This document shows positions 1 to 11,320 of a stretch of 64,000 nt of DNA, piece by piece. Location of the stretch: positions 32,001 through 96,000 of IMG/VR virus record IMGVR_UViG_3300047157_000068, one strand, 5' to 3'. The notes beneath the pieces are model-generated. The model saw nothing but the letters and a program-made list of their open reading frames with translations. It searched no databases and was not told the DNA's origin. Positions within the stretch are counted from its first letter, which is position 1; each line of letters starts with the position of its first letter. The DNA is from a virus. The translations under genes and the position numbers were made by a program.

Positions 1-1785
1 TTATTGCTACCCGCTTTAATAATACCTTTGCCATTAGTTACGTTTTTAAATATAGTTTGAGAAGAACCTCTATCTGTATTTGTAATAGTAATAGTACCTC
101 CACTAGATGTAGAAGTCATTTCTGATTGTATACCACTACCTTGTGCTATTGTTAATGTCTCACCATTTGTAACTGCTGTACTTTCTGTTCCATTCCCTTC
201 TTTAATAGTCCATGAAGACATAGTACCTTGTGGATTACTAAATGATGTAGTAAAGTACCACCATCTTTTTGTGTAAGTGTTAATGTTATTGTAGAAGAAC
301 CTGAATCACTAAAGCCAGTAATCATGTTATCATACGCAGAGTTAGATTCTGCTGAACTACCACCTGACTCCAAGTTACTGCACCACCTACAGCTAAAGCA
401 TTTGTTACCATTAAAAGTTAACCCTGAATCACTTGTTATATTTGATGCCATTCCAGTATGCAACTCTACCAGATGAACCACTACCTGTTACATTACCTAC
501 TTGTGTATTATCTATCTTTTGCCAAGCATCTGTAGCTTGATCAGAGAATACAGCCCAATCTCCTACAGCCCAATCTGTAATGCCGTCTAAATTTGTAGAT
601 CCAGCTTTGAAACTATGTAATATTCTCCTACTGTTCCTGATCCACTTGTTAATGTTGGTGAGTTTGTACAGCATTCCAACTCCTTCATATTTTAATACTC
701 CTGTTACAGCTGTATTAATAGCTGTTTGTATCTGTGCACCTGTTGCTAAGTTAGAAGAAGAAGAACTTACTGCACCAGTTTTTGGTGTTAATGTTACTGC
801 ACCAATTAATGTTGTTCCGCTAGAAGTTAATGTGTTACTATTTCCAGTATTTGCAGTTAACACCGTTAGATAAAACTGCTGGTACTCCAGTGTCTGATAC
901 TTTCTTAGAGTTATTTACAATAGCAGTTGCCTGTGTAGAAGTAATAGTTGTTGTATTACCTGCCATAGCAGTTGTTGCTGTTGTACCAATAACTAAGTTT
1001 GACGTACCACTTCCTGTACCTGCTCCTATAAGAGTTCTTACCTCTGATGCACTTATTCCTGTATTTAGAGTTGGACTTGCACCATCAGATAATATTGCAG
1101 GTCTACCAGTATCTGGTAATGTGTTAGTAATAGTTATAGTTCCACCACTACTTGTTGATGTCATCTCAGATGTAATACCTGTACCCTGAGCAATAGTAAA
1201 TGTTTCTCCATTAGTAACAGCAGTTGATTCAGTACCATTACCTTCTTTTATTGTCCAAGAACTCATAGATCCTGAACCTGTTCCAGCCCCAATTAATGAC
1301 CTTACTTCTGCTCCAGTTACACCGGAAGCTAAAGTTGGTGTACCACCACCACTAAATATACCCGGCTCAGCATAAATAGTAGAACTATTAAATGCATTAC
1401 TTCCATATGTATATGTTTGATTTGTAGTACCACTAACGCTAAACGTAAGTGTGTTACCTGATTTAGTTATACCATCAAGATAAAAGTTTGAAGCAGATGT
1501 TAAATATCTACCATCTAAATCTACTGTAAGGTCTGCTAGACCTGAACGTGTTAATGTTAAAACTCCATTACTAGTATTAAAGCTTATACCTGATACATAG
1601 TTATTTGTACCTGTCTGATCATCAATCCATTTTACAGCTGTACCTGTAGTACTAAGAACTTGACCATTAGTACCAGCAGATCCACTACTATCTAATATTC
1701 TACCACCTGCCCCTAAAGAAACAGTAGTATCTACAGTGTTACCTTCTAAAGATAATAATCTTTGTGAGCCAGTTATTGTTGCCAT
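1..1785 (-). CDS. Tail fibre / virion protein, frameshifted, truncated at the window edge
   Basis: ORFs 838..1785, 429..863 and 152..481 join into one Gly/Ser/Thr-rich fibre protein across indels. It has an internal 49-aa repeat and shares modules (NGVLTL.RSGL..LTVDLDGRY, DRGS.Q.IFKN) with 3695..5287. Confidence 0.75.
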
Positions 1786-1786
1786 A

Positions 1787-3532
1787 TTATTTCTTTTTTC
1801 CTCTTAATTTAAACTTAGTCATTTTTTGTTTAATAGCAGGATCCATTTCTGATGCATACTTAGTTCCACACATCATAAAATCTTCTGTTTCACTCATCTT
1901 ATATGCATTTTTAGATATGTCACCTGATGCAGATAATTTTAACAAAAGTTTATTTCCTGGTTTTGAAAACGTATGTTCTGCAGTATCAGTACCGGAATAT
2001 ACTTCCCATGTTGCTCCATCATCATTAGACACATAATAACTCAATGTACAACCATTAGGAATAAAATAATCTACTCTATTCCAAAAAACAAAATCAACAG
2101 AAGCTGAGTTATCTAATGTATAAGGTCCATATACTATTTCCCAATTAGGTATAAAATGATTAGCATATTTTGCATCCCATATTCTAAAACCATGTCCATC
2201 ATATCCATAACCCATCTGAATCCACCATTCTGCACCGCCTGTAGAATACATTCTAGTAATGTTACATCCATAATCAGCTCTATAAGATCTTCCTCTTCCC
2301 TCTGATGTGGTATCTTCAACAACTGTATCATGTCTACGTAAAGCAACATATCTATCATTATCTTGATCTAAGAATCCTGGTATCATAGCTCCACCTCTAT
2401 CTGCTGCAGTAGGAATAAAATTAGGATAACCTACCATTTTATCAGTTGGTTTACCACCTTGAGCATCTTGATACTTTACTCCAGCTCTAAATAAAATACC
2501 ATAGTTATTACCTGGATTAGTAGAACCTTCATATGTAATTTGCAAAACAGTGGCTTTATTACCAGTAAGACATGGAGTCACATCAAGTTTGGTATGTCTA
2601 CCAGACGCACCAACCCAAAATACATTAGGTTCATTTATTGGATCGGGTATAAACCATCCTTGTTCATAACCATCATCTCCCTGACTTATATCTCCCATAT
2701 CTACATAAACTGATTTAGGTTTGGCTGTAGATGCATCTAATATTAGAGAAAAGTTTGCATTATAGTAATAAGCATATAATATCCTGTCATTAATTTCATC
2801 ATACATAATCCAACCTCTGTATCCATTTCTATCTACAGGTTCGGAGCCTTCAAACATTATATTTCCTGCTGTGGCATCCATATATAATCTTTCTTCAACA
2901 CCAGTTTTCATGTTTCTACGCATACATCTTTTATAATGTCTTGCATCATAGTCACTTGCATATGCCCATTCTCCTGCTGCACACAAGCCTCCTACATAAT
3001 ATAGACCTGTGCTTTCTACATAACCTCCACCAGTATCTTGTGACCCTATATATATTTGAGGATTACTGTGTGTTGGTCTTGGATCTTTAACAAAGGTTGA
3101 TCCTCCATTCATAAGACCACTGTAGTCAAATGTAGTATAGCCATTAACATTATAAGTCATAACTACACCTTTCTTGTTTATTTTATCAATACAAATAGAT
3201 TGCATATGGTTGTATGTAGATGTTGTATCTCTCCATAAAAAGTTACTGTCAAAAAATAACCTTGTCATAGTACCATCATCATTTAGTCTACGTACAGCAA
3301 AGCCATCACCCCAACCAACTGTAAAAAGTAAGTCACCATCTATTTCAAAAGCAGTTGTATAACCAATAAGTCTGTCACCACCATCATATTCACCACTACC
3401 AGAAGACACAGTAACATTACTCATACCTCTTTTAGTTACAGGTACAATAGCTACTTGCCCACTATAATTATTAGAGGCACATCCTACAATGGATTTTATA
3501 TCACTATTACTTACGTTAGTTGCTTTAAACAT
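1787..3532 (-). CDS. Virion-associated protein, possibly a beta-propeller receptor-binding protein
   Basis: 581-aa ORF rich in Tyr/Gly/Asp inside the tail module. The fold is inferred from composition only. Confidence 0.5.
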   Translation of the reverse strand: MFKATNVSNSDIKSIVGCASNNYSGQVAIVPVTKRGMSNVTVSSGSGEYDGGDRLIGYTTAFEIDGDLLFTVGWGDGFAVRRLNDDGTMTRLFFDSNFLWRDTTSTYNHMQSICIDKINKKGVVMTYNVNGYTTFDYSGLMNGGSTFVKDPRPTHSNPQIYIGSQDTGGGYVESTGLYYVGGLCAAGEWAYASDYDARHYKRCMRRNMKTGVEERLYMDATAGNIMFEGSEPVDRNGYRGWIMYDEINDRILYAYYYNANFSLILDASTAKPKSVYVDMGDISQGDDGYEQGWFIPDPINEPNVFWVGASGRHTKLDVTPCLTGNKATVLQITYEGSTNPGNNYGILFRAGVKYQDAQGGKPTDKMVGYPNFIPTAADRGGAMIPGFLDQDNDRYVALRRHDTVVEDTTSEGRGRSYRADYGCNITRMYSTGGAEWWIQMGYGYDGHGFRIWDAKYANHFIPNWEIVYGPYTLDNSASVDFVFWNRVDYFIPNGCTLSYYVSNDDGATWEVYSGTDTAEHTFSKPGNKLLLKLSASGDISKNAYKMSETEDFMMCGTKYASEMDPAIKQKMTKFKLRGKKK

Positions 3533-3693
3533 TCTTGTATTTCAAATTGTAACATTTTAATCATACTATCATTAGAACCTGCTGGAGCTACATTTACCAT
3601 GTTTAACTCTTCAGCCAATGCTTCTTCAAATTCAGCTAGACAATCTAACCAATATTGTCTGTCATCTGTTATTTCAGTTCCTCTTTCTGACAT
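3511..3693 (-). CDS. Small hypothetical protein
   Basis: 60-aa ORF tightly packed between co-oriented tail genes. Confidence 0.5.
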   Translation of the reverse strand: MSERGTEITDDRQYWLDCLAEFEEALAEELNMVNVAPAGSNDSMIKMLQFEIQECLKQLT

Positions 3694-3694
3694 C

Positions 3695-5287
3695 TTATGT
3701 TGTTATTACTTCTACCCAAAACTGGTGAAAATTCCTACTTACTCCTACACTATGCATATAAGATGAATTCATTCCGCTATAAACCAATGACGCATTAGAT
3801 CTTGATAATGCACCTTGAGTTGTTGCTGAATCCATGTATATTTCTATGTGGTCTATAAATCTTGACAAAGGCAAATCATATTGAACATAATATGCAGAAG
3901 GTAATTCTATTACTGACATATTAATAACAGACAACGCACCTGCTGTATAAGCTTGACTTACTAATGAAGGACTTGAATATACACCTTCTTTAACGGCATA
4001 TATTCTATATGACATTGTACCACTAGTATTAAATGTAGTATCTACAATAGTCATTGTGCCAGAAAAATCATCTATTGGTACTTGACCTATAATACCAAAG
4101 TCTGCACCATCATCTGATGACCAAACTTGATAGTAATCTATATTATTTGAACTTGATTTACCAAATACAACCTCTATTGTTTGACCAACCACTGAAGCTG
4201 ATACATTAGTAGGAGCACCTGGAGCTGCAGGTCTATGATTGCTTATAGCATTATCTACATATGTTTTATTTGTTGCATCTGTACCAGATGAAACTGTATC
4301 TACCCCTTGTATTCTACCAGTTCCCCCAAGGGTAATGTCACCACCAGAAACTGTTATATCATTAGCAAAAGTAGAATTACCACTTGAATCATTTATTGTT
4401 GTTGTTTTTCTACCTGCCCAGCTACTACTCCAATTATCAGGGGAAGAGTTTATCTGTATTCCTGACTCAGCATTTAAATAAACTAACTCACCTGTTTGTC
4501 CTGATGCGTAACTAGATGATTCTCCTGCATTAAGTACAAGTTGTTGACCACCATAAGTTCTTACTTGATTAGTTCTTAATCCATCTCCATTGGAAAAATC
4601 AGCTCTACTTGTAAATGTTTTTACATCACCAATGGATTGTGCACCTGAAGTTCTTACTACTGTACTATCTACTTCAATTGTACCTGTTGAGGTTATTGTA
4701 CCTCCTGTAATACCATTTGATGTAGCTATAGAAGTAACACCTGAGCTTGTAACATATCTTCCATCAAGATCAACTGTTACTGCAGTAAGTCCAGATCTAT
4801 TAAGTGTTAATACACCATTACCTGTATCAAAAGATGCAGAACTTAAATAATAGTTTGTTGTTGTATCCTTAGATATAATCTCAATAGTATCTGTACTTGC
4901 ATCAGTCTTTATTGTAATATTACTACCTGCTTTAAATGTAAGTGTATCATTATTATTATCTGCAACAATGTTAGATTGACCAGCTGCTGCAATATTTTTA
5001 AATATGTTTTGAGCTGAACCTCTATCACTATTTGATAAGGTTATTGTACCACTTGATGTTATTGTACCTGTACCAGATAAACCATTAGAACCTGTAACAG
5101 TAACTGAAGTCACAGTACCTGTTCCTGAACCTGCACCAATATCTGATAAAAGTTGAGCTTTAGTTCTGTACTTCAATCCTGAACCATCCCATACTAATAT
5201 ACCAGTATATGTACTGTTATCATTCGCTATACTAGTGACAGTACATGATCCGTTTATTTCTATTGAAGATAAAAAACTTATAGCCAT
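3695..5287 (-). CDS. Tail fibre protein with C-terminal fibronectin type III-like domain(s)
   Basis: GTVTSV / GGTITSTGTI fibre repeats; C-terminal PGAPTNVSAS...YYQVW...YRIYAV FN3 pattern. Confidence 0.7.
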   Translation of the reverse strand: MAISFLSSIEINGSCTVTSIANDNSTYTGILVWDGSGLKYRTKAQLLSDIGAGSGTGTVTSVTVTGSNGLSGTGTITSSGTITLSNSDRGSAQNIFKNIAAAGQSNIVADNNNDTLTFKAGSNITIKTDASTDTIEIISKDTTTNYYLSSASFDTGNGVLTLNRSGLTAVTVDLDGRYVTSSGVTSIATSNGITGGTITSTGTIEVDSTVVRTSGAQSIGDVKTFTSRADFSNGDGLRTNQVRTYGGQQLVLNAGESSSYASGQTGELVYLNAESGIQINSSPDNWSSSWAGRKTTTINDSSGNSTFANDITVSGGDITLGGTGRIQGVDTVSSGTDATNKTYVDNAISNHRPAAPGAPTNVSASVVGQTIEVVFGKSSSNNIDYYQVWSSDDGADFGIIGQVPIDDFSGTMTIVDTTFNTSGTMSYRIYAVKEGVYSSPSLVSQAYTAGALSVINMSVIELPSAYYVQYDLPLSRFIDHIEIYMDSATTQGALSRSNASLVYSGMNSSYMHSVGVSRNFHQFWVEVITT

Positions 5288-5321
5288 GACATTTTATTCT
5301 TTGTTTGCAATATACATATTT

Positions 5322-5370
5322 TAAAAAAAAGGGGAAACACTAAATTCTAGATTTAAATGCTCCCCCTTTA
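5322..5370 (-). terminator. Probable intrinsic terminator
   Basis: aaagggga...tccccctttt-like inverted repeat followed by a T-run on the minus strand, just after the 5385 stop. Confidence 0.5.
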
Positions 5371-5384
5371 AATTCTACTCTTTA

Positions 5385-7790
5385 TTATCCTACAAGTTGC
5401 ATTACTACTGTAATGTCATTTGCACCCATATTAGCACTTGTAGTAAATGTTACAGTTCCTGAAGCTTTATCTGCAAGAACATCCATAAATACTTGATTTC
5501 CTTTAGAATCATAAGTTTGAATAATCCAAGGTCCATTAGCTAATCCATGAACACCAGTAGCAATACTAAAAGTGTTTGTAGTAGTTGCTGGATAAGTACC
5601 TGTGTATGATCTTTTAGATTGAGCACTTGCCAATGTTGCTGGAGTTACATATCTAAATGTATCTGTTCCCGCATCAACTTCAGCTTGTGTTGCTATCTCT
5701 GTAACACCAACTGATCCTGTTGCAGCATTAGGTAATGTTCTTTTACTCATTGATGTAATAACACCATCTGTAACATTAATCTGATCTACAACGTCTACAT
5801 CACTTGTATCAAGATCTGTACTAGTACCAATCTCTTTGTTGAATGTACTTGCTAGTTGAGCATCACTAATTCCACCTGCTTTAACAGTAATAAATCCAGT
5901 TGCTGTACCAGCAAAAGTTGCACTACTAAATCCAGCAACACCTTTTTCAGTTGCTCCATCTGTAGCACCTACTCCTGCAATGTTTTGATCTTGAATAACA
6001 ATAGCATAATCTGAAGCTGGAGGATTAGAACTTGCTGCAATTGCTTGATTAGCATAAATTGTATCTCCAACCTCTACATCTACATTACTTCCATTAAATG
6101 CTATAGTACCATCTTTAGTAACAACAAAGAAATCCCCGGTTGTTAGTGCAATGTTACTTGCTCCTGCTATTGCTGGTGAGTTTGCTGATGCATCATATCC
6201 ACCTTGGAATACACCAACTCCGGCTACAAGTGCTTGTACTTGTCCTAAGTTAACTGCATCTTTTGATGCTGTACCATTTGCTAAAGCTGTAAGTTTGAAA
6301 GCTCCAAAACTTAAATCAGCAAAAGGTGCATCAAATACAGATAATGAAACTTTACCAAGCGGTTGTTTAACTGTTTCTCCTTTACCACTTGCTACATCTT
6401 GTATTAATATAAGGTCATCAATCAGTGGATTTTGTGCCATTGGTGGAGCATCTTCTATAAGACCAGTTATACCATAATCAACTTCAACTGTTCCTGTAGC
6501 TGTAATTGTTCCACCTGTAAGACCTTTACCTGTACCAACACTTGTTACTGTACCAGTTGTATAAGTACCTAAAGTTAAATCACCAAGTACTACTTGACTT
6601 GATGAACCTGCTCCTGCAATGTTTATTGTACCTGAAGTAGTAATTGGTCCACCTGTAATTGTTAATGCATTACCTGTTTCTGTTATTTCAATACTTGTTA
6701 CACCTGAACCAGAATCATTAACCCACTCTACTACACCTAATGAGGAAACAGCAAGTCTTTGCCCACTTCCACCAATTCCTAATGTAGCTAATGAATTTGC
6801 ACCATCTGCAAATAATATATCTCCTTTGGTATATGATGCTAATCCTGTACCTCCGTTTACTTCGTTTAATGTACCAGCTAAAGTAATTGTTCCAGAAGCT
6901 GTAATTGGACCACCACTTGTTGTTAAACCAGTAGTTCCACCACTAACATCAACAGAAGTTACAGAACCTGCACCTGCATTAATATAACTTGCTACTTGAG
7001 ATAAGTTTGCAAATTTAGCATTGCTATCTGTATCATCAGAAAATAAAATTTTATCATCCGCAACTAAAGTAACAGCTGTTCCATCAGCACCATCTAAAAT
7101 TATGTTATCAGCTCCTGCATATTGTACAGATATTGTACCTGTTGCAGTAATGGCACCACCAGTTAAACCAGCTCCAGAATCTACAGAAGTTACTGTACCA
7201 TCTTTACCAAACCCTGGCATTTTATCAATTGATGTCTTGTAGATAACATCATCTGCTTGAGCTGAAAACCATAAAAAGTCTTCTGATGTTGGACTCTGTG
7301 CAGTTGCTGCTAAGATTGCATTCGCTGCAGTATCATATAGAATATTTACTGTAGGTACGTCTGTTGATTTACCAGTTATACTAATACCAGTACCAGCTAC
7401 AACATCTGTTACTGTACCAACGTATTGATCAGCTGAATTAATAGTGAATGTAGAACCGGCACGTGTTACTGTAGTTGTACCAGAACCTGTATATACTATT
7501 GAATCAGTACTAGCTGGATTTGAAGCAACTAAATTTAATGTTGCTGTTCCGTTACCAGATCCTGTTGCTGTTAAGTCATAGGTTGTGTTACCATCTGCAC
7601 CTGTTGTTATATCTACCCAAGCAGAACCATCATATAATTTTAGTTTATTTGTACCAGAGTTATAATAGATTTTACCTGCAATTCCTGACGGGTCAGCGCC
7701 AAGAGGCTGAATGATCACATTTTGTATTTGATTATCATTCAGATTTAAATTTCCTTGGACATTAAGTCCCGTTAAAAATTGTACTGCCAT
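5385..7790 (-). CDS. Long tail fibre / structural protein
   Basis: 801 aa with repeated GTVTSV..G.GLTGG.IT..GTI motifs and a GVTEIATQAEVDAGTD..RYVTP fibre repeat. Confidence 0.75.
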   Translation of the reverse strand: MAVQFLTGLNVQGNLNLNDNQIQNVIIQPLGADPSGIAGKIYYNSGTNKLKLYDGSAWVDITTGADGNTTYDLTATGSGNGTATLNLVASNPASTDSIVYTGSGTTTVTRAGSTFTINSADQYVGTVTDVVAGTGISITGKSTDVPTVNILYDTAANAILAATAQSPTSEDFLWFSAQADDVIYKTSIDKMPGFGKDGTVTSVDSGAGLTGGAITATGTISVQYAGADNIILDGADGTAVTLVADDKILFSDDTDSNAKFANLSQVASYINAGAGSVTSVDVSGGTTGLTTSGGPITASGTITLAGTLNEVNGGTGLASYTKGDILFADGANSLATLGIGGSGQRLAVSSLGVVEWVNDSGSGVTSIEITETGNALTITGGPITTSGTINIAGAGSSSQVVLGDLTLGTYTTGTVTSVGTGKGLTGGTITATGTVEVDYGITGLIEDAPPMAQNPLIDDLILIQDVASGKGETVKQPLGKVSLSVFDAPFADLSFGAFKLTALANGTASKDAVNLGQVQALVAGVGVFQGGYDASANSPAIAGASNIALTTGDFFVVTKDGTIAFNGSNVDVEVGDTIYANQAIAASSNPPASDYAIVIQDQNIAGVGATDGATEKGVAGFSSATFAGTATGFITVKAGGISDAQLASTFNKEIGTSTDLDTSDVDVVDQINVTDGVITSMSKRTLPNAATGSVGVTEIATQAEVDAGTDTFRYVTPATLASAQSKRSYTGTYPATTTNTFSIATGVHGLANGPWIIQTYDSKGNQVFMDVLADKASGTVTFTTSANMGANDITVVMQLVG

Positions 7791-7826
7791 TTTATTTTTT
7801 TTATTTGTTATTTATTTGTTTATTAT

Positions 7827-8369
7827 TTAATTTAAAAATACACATCCTGAAAATGATGCATTAAAAGTTATAACTAATTGTTGTGTGCTTTTGTAGTCCA
7901 CATTACCTACTACTACTGTATTACCGCTATCAACAACCGTAACAGAGGGGTAACTTCCCAAATTATGTGTAACAGTCCATATACTAGATGCATTCTCAAA
8001 ACATTGTGTATATGTACCTTTATCTTCTAATATTTCTTCTAAATCTAATACTGTACAAACACTTGATGGTGTCTCTGGACAACTCATGCTTGCTTTTAAA
8101 TTTATTTCAGCCAGTGGCTCAACAAAAACACCGGGTGATTCTGTAGCTGCAACTACTTTAAAGCTAGCAGCGTTTTGCCAATCACATATATCTTTTCGTA
8201 GTATAGCTTGCTCCATATCCGTGTAGCAACATGCTTCTATTCCAAATCTAATAGATTGAAAATTTGCATATACTTGCTGAGCAAAAGTTTGTTCAACTTT
8301 AATTCTTTTTATTAAAGCCTGCTCTTTTACTTGTTCTGCATTAGAATATGATCTGATTGCTTTAGCCAT
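7827..8369 (-). CDS. Structural protein
   Basis: C-terminal WTVTHNLGSYPSVTVVD motif, common in phage virion proteins and similar to the end of 5385..7790. Confidence 0.55.
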   Translation of the reverse strand: MAKAIRSYSNAEQVKEQALIKRIKVEQTFAQQVYANFQSIRFGIEACCYTDMEQAILRKDICDWQNAASFKVVAATESPGVFVEPLAEINLKASMSCPETPSSVCTVLDLEEILEDKGTYTQCFENASSIWTVTHNLGSYPSVTVVDSGNTVVVGNVDYKSTQQLVITFNASFSGCVFLN

Positions 8370-8370
8370 A

Positions 8371-8544
8371 TTATTTATTTCTTAAATCTTGTATTTGTTG
8401 TCTAGCCAATTGTTTATTTACATTGTTAGTGTTACTTGAATCAGCTTTAGCTTTACATTGTTTACATACTACTACTCCATTTCCTAATGAAGCTTTCTGG
8501 CATCCGCAGGTAAATCTTTTATTACAGTGTGCACAATTTGACAT
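8371..8544 (-). CDS. Small Cys-rich, zinc-finger-like protein (57 aa, not in ORF track)
   Basis: MSNCAHCNKRFTCGCQKASLGNGVVVCKQCK...DLRNK*; fills the gap between co-oriented genes. Confidence 0.6.
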   Translation of the reverse strand: MSNCAHCNKRFTCGCQKASLGNGVVVCKQCKAKADSSNTNNVNKQLARQQIQDLRNK

Positions 8545-8554
8545 TTTATTTGGT

Positions 8555-9130
8555 TTATATTAAATATGTTTTACTTGATCCACAGTTCCCTGATGGACAT
8601 GCAATTTTGTTTAATCTACTTTTAGCATAATTATATAACTGCATACCATGTGCAGAAGATTGACAATATTCTACATTTGCTACTGCTGCATCAATTATTG
8701 TTCTTATATAACTCATTTCAGATAGTATTGATTGTTTATCTGAATCTGGTTGACAAGCCTGTACTTCTAAATCACATAATACTTCATAATAAGTGGTTAG
8801 CAATCTAGTTACTCTTAAATGATTATATTCTACATAAACCTTAGAGTTTGGAGATACACTGTATTTAATAACGTATATTCCGTCTGGTATTTTATCTTGT
8901 GAGGTTCCACAATTATTTTTTTGTAAGGCAAGTGTACAAGCAGTAAGACACATGTCAAACTCTTTATCAACTTTTATAAGTACAGGTACAGAAAAACCAG
9001 GAAGTGTAATTAGCAACTCTTCACAGTCAACTGCCAATTCTGAACTGTATTGACTTGTATCTTTAATACATAATAAATCACAGTTAGATACTGTGGGTAT
9101 TTCTAAACTTAATATATGTTTGCTTGCCAT
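8555..9130 (-). CDS. Hypothetical structural protein (Cys-rich)
   Basis: 191-aa ORF with an upstream late-promoter-like motif. Confidence 0.55.
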   Translation of the reverse strand: MASKHILSLEIPTVSNCDLLCIKDTSQYSSELAVDCEELLITLPGFSVPVLIKVDKEFDMCLTACTLALQKNNCGTSQDKIPDGIYVIKYSVSPNSKVYVEYNHLRVTRLLTTYYEVLCDLEVQACQPDSDKQSILSEMSYIRTIIDAAVANVEYCQSSAHGMQLYNYAKSRLNKIACPSGNCGSSKTYLI

Positions 9131-9190
9131 TTTTTAGTACTTTATTACACTATATAGATAATATACAAAAAATTACAGACAATATAAAAT

Positions 9191-9220
9191 AAAAAGAGCA
9201 GGAGATTTCTCCCCTGCTCT
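9191..9220 (-). terminator. Intrinsic terminator
   Basis: agagcagg...cctgctct stem with a T-run on the minus strand after the 9244 stop. Confidence 0.65.
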
Positions 9221-9243
9221 AATATTAAAATAGAGTTCTCTAA

Positions 9244-10476
9244 TTAAGCAGATACTGTAATAGCATCTATATCTTGCTCATAAGGAACAAAGTTTCCAGC
9301 TGAATCAGCCCATACTGACAATGCAGTCATAAGCTTTTCAATTTCACCTTGTGCAGCTTCGTCAGAACACTTCACAAAGATTTTATATACATACTGATCA
9401 TTATCAAACACTCCTGATGGATTGTTGAATCTTGGCACAGAATGTTGAATATAATATGCTTTGTAAGTTGAACTTCTATCTACAGCAGCAAGAAGTTGGC
9501 TAGATTGCTCAATTTCTCTGATTCTTGAACTGTCAGCGTTTCCTTGGTTAAAAGGACTTTGACGGTATCTTTCAGACATAATTAAATCTCTAATTACTTC
9601 TTCACCTTGAGTTTGTTGCATTTGACCTGGAGTTCTTGATGCTACACCACAGTCATTACAAGGATTACCAGTTTCATCTAGTAATGAAGCAATGATTTCT
9701 ACTGGCTCAGCATTGAAATGATCTCTTGTATCAAAAGAACAGTTTCCAAATTCAGTATCAACATAAGCTCCTACAAAGTGAACTGAAACAGATACTTTAT
9801 CAACTCCATTAGGATCAGTAGAAGCAACATATGTTCCATCTAATACCTGAGCAATTGTAAAAGTAGTTGTTGTTGCTACACCACCTGTAGTTACTGTTAC
9901 ATCTACACCACCACCATTTTTCTCAGCTACAAAAGGCTTGATTAATGGATCTGAAAGAACCATATCCGCCATTGTTGCAGCTACTAAAGCTGGGTCAATA
10001 AACTCTTGCCCTTCAACACAGCATACATTAGCTGAATCTCCAATAGCATAAGCATTGTGGTTTAAGAATCTTAGTGCAGGTGAACCCTTTACATCCATTC
10101 TCATAAATTGTGTTTTACCACATGGTGCACAATCAGAAGCTAAAGATAAGCTTGCTGTAGCTTGTACAGCTGACTGACATGTTGCATCCCATAATCTTGT
10201 AATATATCTTGGGTTGATCCCTTTAGATTTTACAGATTCTTTGTACCCTCCGTGACCTGGATTGTTTCCAATAGTATCTTTAGCGTAGAATGAACCTTGA
10301 ACTACGTAGCCAAGTGCTCCCTTTGCAGGTGCTCCTGGTAATGCTACTGATGCCCAAGTTGCATCACTTACTAAAGCTACTTGACCAGCAGTAAGAGCAC
10401 TTGTTGCAGTACCCGCTGTATCTAGCGTGCTATCTGCAATAAACGTCTTGTTAAACGCATGATTAAAATAAGCCAT
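9244..10476 (-). CDS. Major structural protein (tail or capsid-auxiliary)
   Basis: 410-aa ORF with its own promoter motif and terminator, in the morphogenesis block. Confidence 0.55.
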   Translation of the reverse strand: MAYFNHAFNKTFIADSTLDTAGTATSALTAGQVALVSDATWASVALPGAPAKGALGYVVQGSFYAKDTIGNNPGHGGYKESVKSKGINPRYITRLWDATCQSAVQATASLSLASDCAPCGKTQFMRMDVKGSPALRFLNHNAYAIGDSANVCCVEGQEFIDPALVAATMADMVLSDPLIKPFVAEKNGGGVDVTVTTGGVATTTTFTIAQVLDGTYVASTDPNGVDKVSVSVHFVGAYVDTEFGNCSFDTRDHFNAEPVEIIASLLDETGNPCNDCGVASRTPGQMQQTQGEEVIRDLIMSERYRQSPFNQGNADSSRIREIEQSSQLLAAVDRSSTYKAYYIQHSVPRFNNPSGVFDNDQYVYKIFVKCSDEAAQGEIEKLMTALSVWADSAGNFVPYEQDIDAITVSA

Positions 10477-10602
10477 AATTATTAATTTTGTGTGAGGACC
10501 ATTACCCTCACTGGTTATAAATAAATGATTTTAACAGTTTACTCTGTCCGTAACTTCCTTGTTACTATAATAATATACACATTTTTTGTTTAAAATCATA
10601 TA

Positions 10603-11308
10603 TTAATTATTTCTTTCTGCAGTTTGTGTACCACGTTGTGCTTGATACAGATTCTCTATGTCACCTGCAATAATAGAAGCAGTGTCATCTAACATTACTT
10701 CAACCAAGTCATCTTTAAATTCACAATCTACATTTACTAAACTTGTATTTCCTGTATATGGATCAACACATCCTTCAACTTGAATTAAGGTTGGTTTTTG
10801 ATAATAAGTTAAAACAGGATTAACAATATTAAAGTTAGCATTTCTATATATTCTTATTGTATTACCAAGCATTGTACAAAATGTTTCACCCCATTCAAAA
10901 TCAGGATTCTTTAAAGGATCTCTTAATAATAATGATACATTTGCTTCTTCAGCTAAATATACTGTCATTGATCTTGGAGTACAACAATCATCTTTTGCTT
11001 GTGTAGTAACACGTTTAAATTCTAAATATGTATCAACTGGAAAATTGTCTGTTTCAAAATAATTTTCTGTCTCAGTGCCAGTAAGAGATAATTCTCTAAG
11101 TAATGGTTGTAAATCATCTATTCTTTTTTTAGATAATTCATCTCCTTCCTTATACATATTACCTCCGTGTAAATTTCTTCTACACCACTCTATCTGTGCT
11201 TTATTAAAAGCCTCAACAAATTGCCAACATTCAATATTATCATAATCTTGACTATCAAGTTTATTTAGCCTTTGTTTAAGCTTTAAGTAAGAGTGTACTA
11301 TTTTCCAT
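10603..11308 (-). CDS. Head-tail ring/adaptor protein (frameshift near the 5' end)
   Basis: Reads ...LKQRLNKLDSQDYDNIECWQFVEAFNKAQ...KRIDDLQPLL, resembling crAss-like ring proteins; ATG at 11306-11308. Confidence 0.5.
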
Positions 11309-11320
11309 TATTAATTATAT

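Noticed and set aside
580-7714. Plus-strand ORFs opposite tail genes (also 13521, 57670, 59163, 62373 and similar)
   Set aside because: They are antisense shadows of Gly/Thr/Ser-rich genes, giving Val/Pro/Ile-rich translations with no promoter context.
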